Shown here: in pieces, positions 5,917 to 13,670 of the stretch
Position numbering within the stretch: the first letter of the stretch is position 1
Layout of the letters: each line of letters opens with the position of its first letter
NCBI GenBank assembly: GCA_903828055.1
Contig: CAIKKP010000057.1
Span: 1-17,587, forward strand
Direction of reading: 5' to 3'
DNA from: an uncultured bacterium
Lineage (GTDB): Bacteria; Patescibacteriota; Andersenbacteria; UBA10190; CAIZMI01
DNA: 17,587 nucleotides
The notes under the pieces: generated by a model
What the model was told of the DNA's origin: nothing
The model's database searches: none
The model's input: only the letters and a program-made list of their open reading frames with translations
Position numbers and translations under genes: made by a program

Positions 5917-7638
5917 TCAAATAAAATTATTTAATTTTTTAGAAACAAAAAATGGTCCTATTGCTAAATACTTTATGTTTTTTGAATCAATAAAAGCTTC
6001 AATTGCTTGCCCTGGGTCATTAACGATCGGCAAGCCTTTAATATTGAACGATGTATTAATAATCAGAGGAATATTAGTTATATTTTCATATTCTTTTATG
6101 AGATCATAGTAAATACCATTATCATCGTTGTTTACTGTCTGAACTCGTACACTCCCATCAACATGTTGTGCTGCAGGTACTTTGTTACTGTATTCAGACT
6201 GTATTGCATCAACCAACAACATGTATGGCGATTTGGTTCCGCGTACCAGCCAATCTTTTGTTTTTTCTTCAAGAATAGAAATTGCAAAAGGACGAAATGA
6301 TTCCCTGTGTTTAGTTATGTTTAATTTTTCAATCATACTTTTATCAACGGCCGATGCAAGAATACTGCGCGCACCAAGAGCTCGGGGACCAAATTCTAAT
6401 CGTCCCTGAAACCACATAACGATTTCGCCCTCACTCAAAAGTCTGGCAACTTTTGTGTGAATTAAATTTTCCTTTGAATATGAAAATAAGTTTCCATGTT
6501 TCTTTAATTCATTTTCAATTTCCTTATTTGAGTACTCGGGGCCTAAATATGCATGACTAAACCGAACAGGTTTCTTTTCCTTGTTGAATTCTTGATGCAG
6601 TAAGTATTCCGCACCAATTGCTACACCTGCGTCATGCGATGCGGGCTGGATAAAAACCTCCTTGAATGGGGTTTTTTCTAAAATAAATCCATTTGTTACG
6701 GAATTCAAACAGACGCCACCAGCCATCACGAGTTTGCTTTTTTTTGTCTTATTATAAATATCATTTAGTTTTTCCAAAACTATCTCTTGTGTGTACTCTT
6801 GCCAAGTTGCCGCGACATCGAAATGGGCTTGCTTATATTGGCCTGATATGGCTGAAGGTTCGCCAATTAATTTTTCAAATTTCTCTGTTGGTTCTCCTTT
6901 GCAATCAGCTATTTTAAAATAAGAGGTATCTACATTTAGCCAGTCATTATCTTTTTCTGGAAAGAATTTCACAATATTTTTAAATTCACTCAAATATTTT
7001 GGCTTTCCAAGTGCAGCGAATGCCATCGTCGTGCCAGCCTTTTGCCAACCAGGCTCGAAACCGCAATATTCGCCTACTGCTCCCCAAACACATCCAATAG
7101 AATTGGGGTGATACAAAAATCCTTTTTGTTGTATTCCTTTTTTGTAATCAATTTGTCCCCACAAACTTGAATCATATTCTCCCCGCGCATCTATAGTTAA
7201 AAATGCGGCATCATCAAACCCCGAAGCATAAAATGCCGATGCGACATGTGCTTGGTGATGAATGTAAAATTTTATTTTTACGTTTGAAGAAAGTTTTCCG
7301 ATTCTCTTTTCAAAAAGATTAGCAATTGTTCTTAGTTGCCATAACTTTTTTAAGCTCTTTTTAAAAACGTAAAATGGCGGATGATATTGGAACAAGTATT
7401 CTTTAATAATTCGATTAAAAAATAGTTCTTTGGTGTCCCAACCTACGGCAACGCCTTTTAAATCTTTACTTGTAATGCCAGCCTTTTTGAAACAATATTT
7501 AATGGCATTTTCTGGAAAACCGGAATAATGTTTTTTTTGAGTAAATCGTTCTTCTTCAACTGCAACAATAATATTTCCCTCATCATCGATGAGGCAAGCA
7601 CTACTATCGTGTGAATAAGCATTTAGGCCAAGATACAT
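5917..7638 (-). CDS. Carbamoyltransferase of the NodU/CmcH family
   Basis: 573 aa. The N-terminus MYLGLNAYSHDSSACLIDDEGNIIVAVEEERFTQKKHYSGFP is the hallmark of NodU/CmcH/TobZ-type carbamoyltransferases, and the length is typical for the family. Confidence 0.9.
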   Translation of the reverse strand: MYLGLNAYSHDSSACLIDDEGNIIVAVEEERFTQKKHYSGFPENAIKYCFKKAGITSKDLKGVAVGWDTKELFFNRIIKEYLFQYHPPFYVFKKSLKKLWQLRTIANLFEKRIGKLSSNVKIKFYIHHQAHVASAFYASGFDDAAFLTIDARGEYDSSLWGQIDYKKGIQQKGFLYHPNSIGCVWGAVGEYCGFEPGWQKAGTTMAFAALGKPKYLSEFKNIVKFFPEKDNDWLNVDTSYFKIADCKGEPTEKFEKLIGEPSAISGQYKQAHFDVAATWQEYTQEIVLEKLNDIYNKTKKSKLVMAGGVCLNSVTNGFILEKTPFKEVFIQPASHDAGVAIGAEYLLHQEFNKEKKPVRFSHAYLGPEYSNKEIENELKKHGNLFSYSKENLIHTKVARLLSEGEIVMWFQGRLEFGPRALGARSILASAVDKSMIEKLNITKHRESFRPFAISILEEKTKDWLVRGTKSPYMLLVDAIQSEYSNKVPAAQHVDGSVRVQTVNNDDNGIYYDLIKEYENITNIPLIINTSFNIKGLPIVNDPGQAIEAFIDSKNIKYLAIGPFFVSKKLNNFI

Positions 7639-7674
7639 GGATATTGCATTAATGATCTGATCTTATAATAGTTC

Positions 7675-7830
7675 TTCGCAAAAATAAAGATTGCGTTATA
7701 GAATACACAGTACTCATTTATTCCCATGCCTTTTTCGCGCTACGAATCGGCGTCGTCGCGTTTCGTTGCTGGGGGGGGGCGTCACGCGTTGTCAGCGAAA
7801 CACGTTCGAACTTCGTCCAAAAACGCCCGC
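7675..7830 (-). repeat. Inverted repeat Y, copy 2 (155 bp)
   Basis: Reverse complement of 5748-5900. It ends with CCGC at the outer junction. Confidence 0.9.
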
Positions 7831-7839
7831 AAAATAATG

Positions 7840-7867
7840 AAACGCCCTTGTGGCGTTTTGTTATTTT
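7840..7867. terminator. Terminator-like hairpin
   Basis: aaacgcc (7840-7846) pairs with ggcgttt (7852-7858) around loop cttgt, followed by tgttatttt. It lies at the outer edge of repeat Y'. Confidence 0.35.
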
Positions 7868-7977
7868 GCCTGAGCAACCAACTGCTTGGTTGCGAGTGGG
7901 ATTCGAACGGTTCGCGTTGTCCAGCAGGACCGCGAACCGGTGGCCAGAAATTTGCAAATCATTGCAAGTTTCGAGGC

Positions 7978-7992
7978 CGAATCCCACCCTCT
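7978..7992 (+). repeat. Partial duplicate of the tRNA-Ser 3' segment, a candidate attR core
   Basis: 15 of 15 identity to 4037-4051, with mismatches on both flanks. An inverted partner, gtgggattcgaa, lies at 7897-7908. Confidence 0.4.
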
Positions 7993-8087
7993 TTGCAGTA
8001 AGAATTCTTTTCCTTATCGTTGACAGTATCGAATTAGCGTGTAAAGTTTATCAACATTGGTAATTTATAAATAATTGCAATATTGAT

Positions 8088-8531
8088 ATGGGTGAATACA
8101 AAAATGCCTCTGACGTAAAAACAAACGCCATTGGAAAAAACAAAAAAGTGCTCTTCATTGAAGAAGTTGAAGACGATAACTCCCTCCGCAGAGTGCTTAG
8201 TGATAAATTGACCCATGAGGGGTTTGGCGTTTATGAAGCAAAAGATGGCGAAGAGGGATTAGCGGTTGCTTTAAGTGAGCACCCCGATTTGATTTTGCTT
8301 GATATTAAAATGCCCAAAATGGACGGTCTAACGATGATGAAAAAATTGCGTCAGACCGATGAATGGGGAAAGCATGTTCCGATTATTATGTTGACGAACC
8401 TTAGCGCGAACGATAATCATATCAACCAAGTGATTACGGAGAATGAGCCGGCCTATTATATCGTGAAATCAGACTACACACTTGACGAGTTGGTAAAGAA
8501 AATAAGAGAACGACTTTCTAAGGTGCTTTGA
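8088..8531 (+). CDS. Single-domain response regulator (CheY-like receiver)
   Basis: 147 aa. Acidic pocket EEVEDD, phospho-acceptor context LILLDIKMPKMDG, conserved T in IIMLTNLS and a K near the C-terminus. There is no output domain, and no histidine kinase in the window. Confidence 0.8.
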   Translation: MGEYKNASDVKTNAIGKNKKVLFIEEVEDDNSLRRVLSDKLTHEGFGVYEAKDGEEGLAVALSEHPDLILLDIKMPKMDGLTMMKKLRQTDEWGKHVPIIMLTNLSANDNHINQVITENEPAYYIVKSDYTLDELVKKIRERLSKVL

Positions 8532-8948
8532 ATATAAGCACTGTCAGGGTTACAAAATCTTTTAGGGTATACGCAATAATGGGTTGGAGTCTCGTCCTTG
8601 CGAGGCTTTTCAAGGCCGAAGCAATCTCCCGTTAAAAATTACTACTTCATAGCACTCATTCTTGAGATTGCCACGCTGTTCGACAACCCTGAGCTTCCCT
8701 CTCGATCCTGAGCTCGAGGTCGAAGAGCAGTCGAAGGGCCTTGTCCTCCGCCAGCCGGCGGAATCACGCATGATCAATGGCTCGCAAAGACGCGAATTGT
8801 TTCAATTTTGTTTCTGATATGGCTTATGTTTATCTATTAATCCAGATGATTTACGTATGATCTTCATGGGTTGTTTCTTTAAATAAGTCGCATATCGTTT
8901 AGAATATTGAAGCTTACCTACGCTTACGGTTTGTGCTATTATTTACTT

Positions 8949-10187
8949 ATGCCTACAGAAAAGAATTCCGGAGCAATAGACGCGGAAGTGATAAAAGAGC
9001 CATCTTTGAAGGAGATTCTTGACGATAAGGAACTTGGGCGTGGTTTTAAGACGTGGTTAGAAGGACAAAAAAGGGAGGATTTAATGGTTCGTATGTTGTC
9101 TGGGAAATTGGAAAGTGATGATCTGAAGACGTTGGCGTCAGAAACGGATAAGTTTTTAGAGCGAACGAGTCAAAGTGGCGAAATAAAGAAACAAATTTCA
9201 GAAACCGATGAAATTAGTACACTGGTTGAGGCATCAAACTCGGATGACTTAAAAGATTTGGTTAAACTTTTTGGTGTGGATGGTATTAAGGAGGCTTTTG
9301 GGGATGTGTTGGATAAAATCGCTTTGATGCCCGGTGATGAGCTTGCGAATGTTTACAAAGTTTTTAATGAGCGACGTGAAGCGGGGAAGTTGGTGGAACA
9401 ACAAAAAGCCGAATTTAACAGTATGTTGGAAAAGTTGAATTTGTCACAAGAAGAGGCAAAAGAAGTCGCAGGTATTCCGATATGGGAAGTAAGACAAAAA
9501 AAGGTGGCTGAGTTGTGGCGTAGTAAGGGGTTAGAAAAAACCGAGGAAAAAAGTATTTGGTTTATAAAATGGAATAAAAAGGTGTGGCCGCCGGAACAAG
9601 AGGAATTTATGAAAATGGATGCTGAGGATTTTTCCAAGGCGCTTAAAATTAATGAGTGGACAATAACTGAAAAACAAATTGAGAAGGCGGAAAAAGCGTT
9701 AAAGGAACGGCAGAAGTCTTTAGTGGAATCACTGAACGCTACCGCCTCTATCGATGGTATTGCAGAACTCAATCGTCATTTGATAGGGGAAAAGGAAAAA
9801 CCGGACAAAACAATGAGTTTCAAAGAAGTGAAACAGGAACTGAAAAAAGAAAAGGACAAGGAAAACATTTCTCGTGAATTTTTTGAGTATGCGGAACGCG
9901 GGTTCGCTGATTATATTGAAGAGGCTGGCTACCCGATGGGTACGAAAGATTTGCAGATGGCTGCCGCAAGTGATTTTTATCGAAAGTTTCAGGACAATCG
10001 CAAATTACAACAGAACAAACGTGGCGGATTATGGTCGTCTATCTATCAAACTGTTCTTGAGCCGTTAGTTCAAGAATTATTGACCGAACTACAGACAGAT
10101 GATCGCTTTAATGTGACAACAAGAGTTGAGAAGAAACGCGGCGTAGCTGACAAAAATTGGTATAATTTATCAAAGAAAACAAAATGA
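8949..10187 (+). CDS. Hypothetical K/E-rich soluble protein, first gene of a four-gene operon
   Basis: The ORF is open from TTG 8907. An ATG at 8949 lies directly downstream of TGcTATTAT (8934-8942), so a leaderless start is plausible. The protein is charged, largely helical, and has no recognisable domain or TM. Its stop overlaps the next start in ATGA. Confidence 0.5.
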   Translation: MPTEKNSGAIDAEVIKEPSLKEILDDKELGRGFKTWLEGQKREDLMVRMLSGKLESDDLKTLASETDKFLERTSQSGEIKKQISETDEISTLVEASNSDDLKDLVKLFGVDGIKEAFGDVLDKIALMPGDELANVYKVFNERREAGKLVEQQKAEFNSMLEKLNLSQEEAKEVAGIPIWEVRQKKVAELWRSKGLEKTEEKSIWFIKWNKKVWPPEQEEFMKMDAEDFSKALKINEWTITEKQIEKAEKALKERQKSLVESLNATASIDGIAELNRHLIGEKEKPDKTMSFKEVKQELKKEKDKENISREFFEYAERGFADYIEEAGYPMGTKDLQMAAASDFYRKFQDNRKLQQNKRGGLWSSIYQTVLEPLVQELLTELQTDDRFNVTTRVEKKRGVADKNWYNLSKKTK

Positions 10188-10474
10188 CCGAACTCGCCAT
10201 TCAACTTGAAAAGCTAATTGAAGTCGGTGATGAAAAAGCCGTGCGCGCTTTTGTTATTGAACACATTAAAGAGTTTCCGGAAGAAACAAGAAATCAAATC
10301 ATCTTTGCTTTTTTTACCGAAGCGATGGAAAACGACACCAAGGCCAAGCAAGCGCTCGCGGGAATAATTGGTCAAGGGTTGGATGAATTGAAACAAATTA
10401 ATAAAGACCTAGCCAATCTTGGCGATAAGAAAGCGATTTTGGACGTACAAAAGAAGATTCAGGGGATAAAGTAG
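10184..10474 (+). CDS. Hypothetical 96-aa protein
   Basis: The ATG overlaps the upstream TGA in ATGA. Coding-like composition, no recognisable domain. Confidence 0.5.
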   Translation: MTELAIQLEKLIEVGDEKAVRAFVIEHIKEFPEETRNQIIFAFFTEAMENDTKAKQALAGIIGQGLDELKQINKDLANLGDKKAILDVQKKIQGIK

Positions 10475-10687
10475 GACGCGCACTACGTCAGACATAACCC
10501 CTCTTGCGCTGGCACCCTCTCGAACATCCACCGGATGTTCTCGGGGCATCCGCCGCGCCACTTTGATAAGGGGAGATAACTTGGTGTCGTATTTCTTCCA
10601 TTTTTCAGGGGAAGGCGGGGATGAGTTTGGTTGTTGCTTTTGATATGTTTGTTTATTCGTTAGAAAAGCGTCATAATTGACGTAGCT

Positions 10688-11152
10688 ATGCCAACTGAAA
10701 CAAGAAAAGAAAACCCCGAAGGCAGTTTAGTTTTTGAAAATTCGGAAAAAGCGAAGCAGTTTGCCGAGCGCGTGAAAGAAAACTTAGAACAAAAGAATGA
10801 GTCTGAACCTGGCATGGAAAGGCGTAACGAACTTACTGAAAAACGCATTAAAGACGCAATTCGTGAAGAATTGGAGAACGAAACAAACGGTGCCGGTTTG
10901 GCTACTGTTGCGGAAGGCAAGGGTGAATGGCAGTATTCCGCCGAGGATCGCGCGGGTGTACAACAATATGTAAACGTGGCTTTCGCTACCTCCGTTCAAA
11001 AAGCGGTGGAAGAAATGATGCGAGAAAAAATTGTCGCGGGCAGTAAAGCCGACGAAGCGTCCACTTATCGTAAACTTGATTTATTTCATGACACGCTCAC
11101 CGATCATCTCTACCAAGATATGACGGCCAGAAAAATGATTCCACCGGGATGA
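10688..11152 (+). CDS. Hypothetical 154-aa acidic protein
   Basis: Preceded by TTGTTT, a 17-nt spacer and CATAAT (about 10648-10676). Its stop overlaps the next ATG in ATGA. No TM and no recognisable domain. Confidence 0.5.
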   Translation: MPTETRKENPEGSLVFENSEKAKQFAERVKENLEQKNESEPGMERRNELTEKRIKDAIREELENETNGAGLATVAEGKGEWQYSAEDRAGVQQYVNVAFATSVQKAVEEMMREKIVAGSKADEASTYRKLDLFHDTLTDHLYQDMTARKMIPPG

Positions 11153-13617
11153 TTCAGTTACTTGTTCTTTTCTTGTTGTTGATTATTGTAGGGATTATCA
11201 CCTATTTGGTTTTGAAGTATTTGCAGGAAGAAAGATTACTCTCTTCTTTACATTTGATTTTGCTGGAAGTGACGGTGCCGAAAGACTTACCGCAACAAGA
11301 AAAAGACCGTGAGGGAACGGTGCAGGAACAAATTATGCGCGGTTCGCAGTTTTTAGCCAGTTTGGCGGGTTTGCGTGAAGAAAATTTCATTAAGAATCTG
11401 ATTTTTGGTAAACCGACATGGGGTTTCGAAATTGTCGCGCATCCGAATGGTGAGATTATTTTCTTTGTTTCGGTACCACGTCGTTATGAAGAATTTATGG
11501 AAAAACAAATTCTTGCTTTTTATCCGCGTGCCGATGTGAAGCGCGTGGCGGATTATACGATTTTTGAAGAAGGTGACACGGTTGAGGGGGGAGTTGTAAA
11601 ACAACATCATAAAAAATATTTACCGTTGAAGACTTTTGAGGATTTGCCGTCCGACCCGATGCAGGGGATTACACAGGCGTTATCTAAAATGGAAAAAGGC
11701 GACGGTGGCGCGGTGCAATTTATTGTGCGACCGGCATCCGCGCGGATTCGTGTGAAGGGACGGCGTGTTACGCGTCAGGTGGCGTTGGGAAAAGAAAAAT
11801 CGGTGCGACACGGGACTTCTTCTTTTGGCGAGGCGGCTCGCGGTTTGGGGCGCACAGCTAACAATTCCTTATTGAAAAATAAAGAGCAAAATACGCGACA
11901 AGACGATCGGGAAGATAAGTGGCAAGCACAAATGTCGCCTGCGGAACAAGAACGACTAGAACGCGTAGATAAAAAAACCGGTGAATATCAGTTTGAAGTG
12001 ACAATGCGCTTAATCGTTTCCTGCAAAACAAAAGAAACAGCCGAATCACATTTTATGGTACTCAAAGAATCACTGACGCAATTTGGCGACCCTTCTTTAA
12101 ACGAGTTGAGTACGCATCGTCAAACGAAACGTAGTTTTTTCCGTGATTATATATTCCGCACGTTTAAAAAATCGCAATGCATGGTGTTGTCGTTGACGGA
12201 GCTTTTGTCACTTTTCCATTTCCCGTTATCTACCACTGAAACACCCAATATTCGTTGGCGCACGTCAAGAAGTGTCGCGGCACCGGCCAATTTGCCCCAA
12301 AACGGTATTTTATTAGGTTACAACGATTACCGAGGGATTAAGACTCCTATTCGGCTTCAAAGAGAGGACAGGCGTCGTCATATGTATATGATCGGTCAAA
12401 CTGGAACCGGTAAAACAACGCTCTTCAAAAATATGATTATGCAGGATATTCGCAACGGAGAAGGAGTCGGGGTGGTTGATCCGCACGGACAATTGATTGA
12501 AGATATTCTTTTGCAGATTCCTAGAGAGCGGGCCGAAGATGTGATTATTTTTGATCCGCGCGATACCGATCGGCCGTTGGGGTTGAATATGTTGGAGGCG
12601 CGCAATCCGGCGCAACGCGATCTTGTTGTTTCCGAACTAATTATGATTATCGAAAAACTGGCCACACGGATGAATCCGGAATCGATCGGTCCGATGTTTG
12701 AACATTATTTGAGGAACGCGCTTTTGACACTGGTGGAAGACCCAGACTCAACAATGATCGATATCTCTCGTCTTTTTACCGACAAGGCCTTTCGTGATTG
12801 GCTGGTGGCAAAAGTGAAAAACCCGATAGTGCGGGAGTTTTGGGAGAAAGAGTATGCTCAATCTCTGAAGGGGCAACAGTCGGCCGATATGTTGTCGTAT
12901 GTTATCAGTAAGCTTGGGCGTTTTATTGGTAATGAGGTAATTCGCAATATCATCGGTCAGCCAAAAAGTTCGTTTGATCTGCGTGAAATAATGGATAATA
13001 AAAAAATCTTACTCGTTAATTTGTCGAAGGGTTCGTTGGGTGATATTAATGCCGATTTGCTTGGGTTTATCTTAGTCAGTAAGTTGCAAATTACGGCGCT
13101 TTCCAGAACGGATATTCCGGAAAATCAACGTAAGGATTTTTATCTTTATCTCGATGAGTTTCAAAATTTCACCACCGATACTGTCGGGACAATTTTAAGC
13201 GAGGCGCGTAAATATCGCTTGGACTTGAATTTGACGCATCAGTTTATCGCGCAACTTTCGGATGAAATCAGAGAAGCTGTTTTTGGTAACGTTGGTACGG
13301 TAATTTCTTATCGTGTCGGTGTGGAAGATTCGGAGCTGATGGCAAAACAACTCGCCCCTGTTTTTGACGAGTATGATTTGATTAATGTTCCAAATTATAA
13401 TTGTTTCACGCGCTTACTTGCCAAAAATCAACCGCAACGTCCATTTTCCATGAAAGCGTCACCGCCACCACCGGGGGGCGACGAAGAACTTCGTCAGAAT
13501 TTGTATGAATTGTCACGTCTTAAATATGGTCGACCAAAACAGGAAGTGGAAGAGAGAATATTGGAACGGCTGAAAGTAGCGACTGCTCCCAGCCTGTCCG
13601 GTATGGGTTCGCGCTAA
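11149..13617 (+). CDS. TrwB/TraD/VirD4-like type IV coupling protein family P-loop ATPase, membrane-anchored
   Basis: 822 aa with an N-terminal TM (LVLFLLLIIVGIITYLVL). Walker A MIGQTGTGKTTL is followed by VVDPHGQLIEDIL...IIFDPRDTDRPLGLNMLE, matching the TrwB pattern GATGTGKS...IVDPNGD...ILNP.D.R. Walker B is YLYLDEFQNF. The C-terminal LTHQFIAQL...GNVGTVISYRVG matches the Q..QL...GN motif of coupling proteins. Confidence 0.6.
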   Translation: MIQLLVLFLLLIIVGIITYLVLKYLQEERLLSSLHLILLEVTVPKDLPQQEKDREGTVQEQIMRGSQFLASLAGLREENFIKNLIFGKPTWGFEIVAHPNGEIIFFVSVPRRYEEFMEKQILAFYPRADVKRVADYTIFEEGDTVEGGVVKQHHKKYLPLKTFEDLPSDPMQGITQALSKMEKGDGGAVQFIVRPASARIRVKGRRVTRQVALGKEKSVRHGTSSFGEAARGLGRTANNSLLKNKEQNTRQDDREDKWQAQMSPAEQERLERVDKKTGEYQFEVTMRLIVSCKTKETAESHFMVLKESLTQFGDPSLNELSTHRQTKRSFFRDYIFRTFKKSQCMVLSLTELLSLFHFPLSTTETPNIRWRTSRSVAAPANLPQNGILLGYNDYRGIKTPIRLQREDRRRHMYMIGQTGTGKTTLFKNMIMQDIRNGEGVGVVDPHGQLIEDILLQIPRERAEDVIIFDPRDTDRPLGLNMLEARNPAQRDLVVSELIMIIEKLATRMNPESIGPMFEHYLRNALLTLVEDPDSTMIDISRLFTDKAFRDWLVAKVKNPIVREFWEKEYAQSLKGQQSADMLSYVISKLGRFIGNEVIRNIIGQPKSSFDLREIMDNKKILLVNLSKGSLGDINADLLGFILVSKLQITALSRTDIPENQRKDFYLYLDEFQNFTTDTVGTILSEARKYRLDLNLTHQFIAQLSDEIREAVFGNVGTVISYRVGVEDSELMAKQLAPVFDEYDLINVPNYNCFTRLLAKNQPQRPFSMKASPPPPGGDEELRQNLYELSRLKYGRPKQEVEERILERLKVATAPSLSGMGSR

Positions 13618-13670
13618 TTTCACGTGTCTGTCATTCCTGCATCAAGCAGGAATCAGCGACGAGTGTAACC

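Larger units (their letters stand above)
4052..7977. mobile_element. Putative integrated island at the tRNA-Ser 3' end: a recombinase cassette plus a carbamoyltransferase cassette, each bracketed by long inverted repeats
   Basis: The tRNA 3' segment cgaatcccaccctct (4037-4051) is repeated directly at 7978-7992. The identity ends exactly where repeat X starts. A serine recombinase gene lies adjacent to the tRNA, and the repeats are about 58 % GC against about 43 % for the surrounding DNA. Confidence 0.45.

Noticed and set aside
5849-6917. Plus-strand ORFs inside the carbamoyltransferase gene (5849-6109, 6007-6300, 6182-6409 and 6693-6917)
   Set aside because: These are shadow ORFs opposite a well-supported 573-aa carbamoyltransferase. 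Their products would be AT-biased and low-complexity.
7868-7995. Possible complete tRNA on either strand near the right island edge
   Set aside because: T-loop-like TTCGAATCCCAC fragments are present, but no acceptor, D or anticodon stems could be paired. A 12-mer match to a generic T-arm is expected by chance many times in 17.6 kb.
7718-8063. ORFs 7718-7987(-), 7726-8001(+) and 7848-8063(+)
   Set aside because: They are encoded by repeat Y' and the structured att-like region. They have no start context and no coding signature.
9353-12665. Minus-strand ORFs 9353-9772, 11202-11390, 11353-11610, 11858-12049, 12313-12615 and 12396-12665
   Set aside because: They are antisense to long, well-supported plus-strand genes. 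They are low-complexity and are shadow ORFs.
13618-13670. The hairpin cattcctgc-atcaa-gcaggaatc after the coupling-protein gene as a rho-independent terminator
   Set aside because: An 8-bp stem is present but no U-tract follows, so it may be only a weak pause site or processing site.
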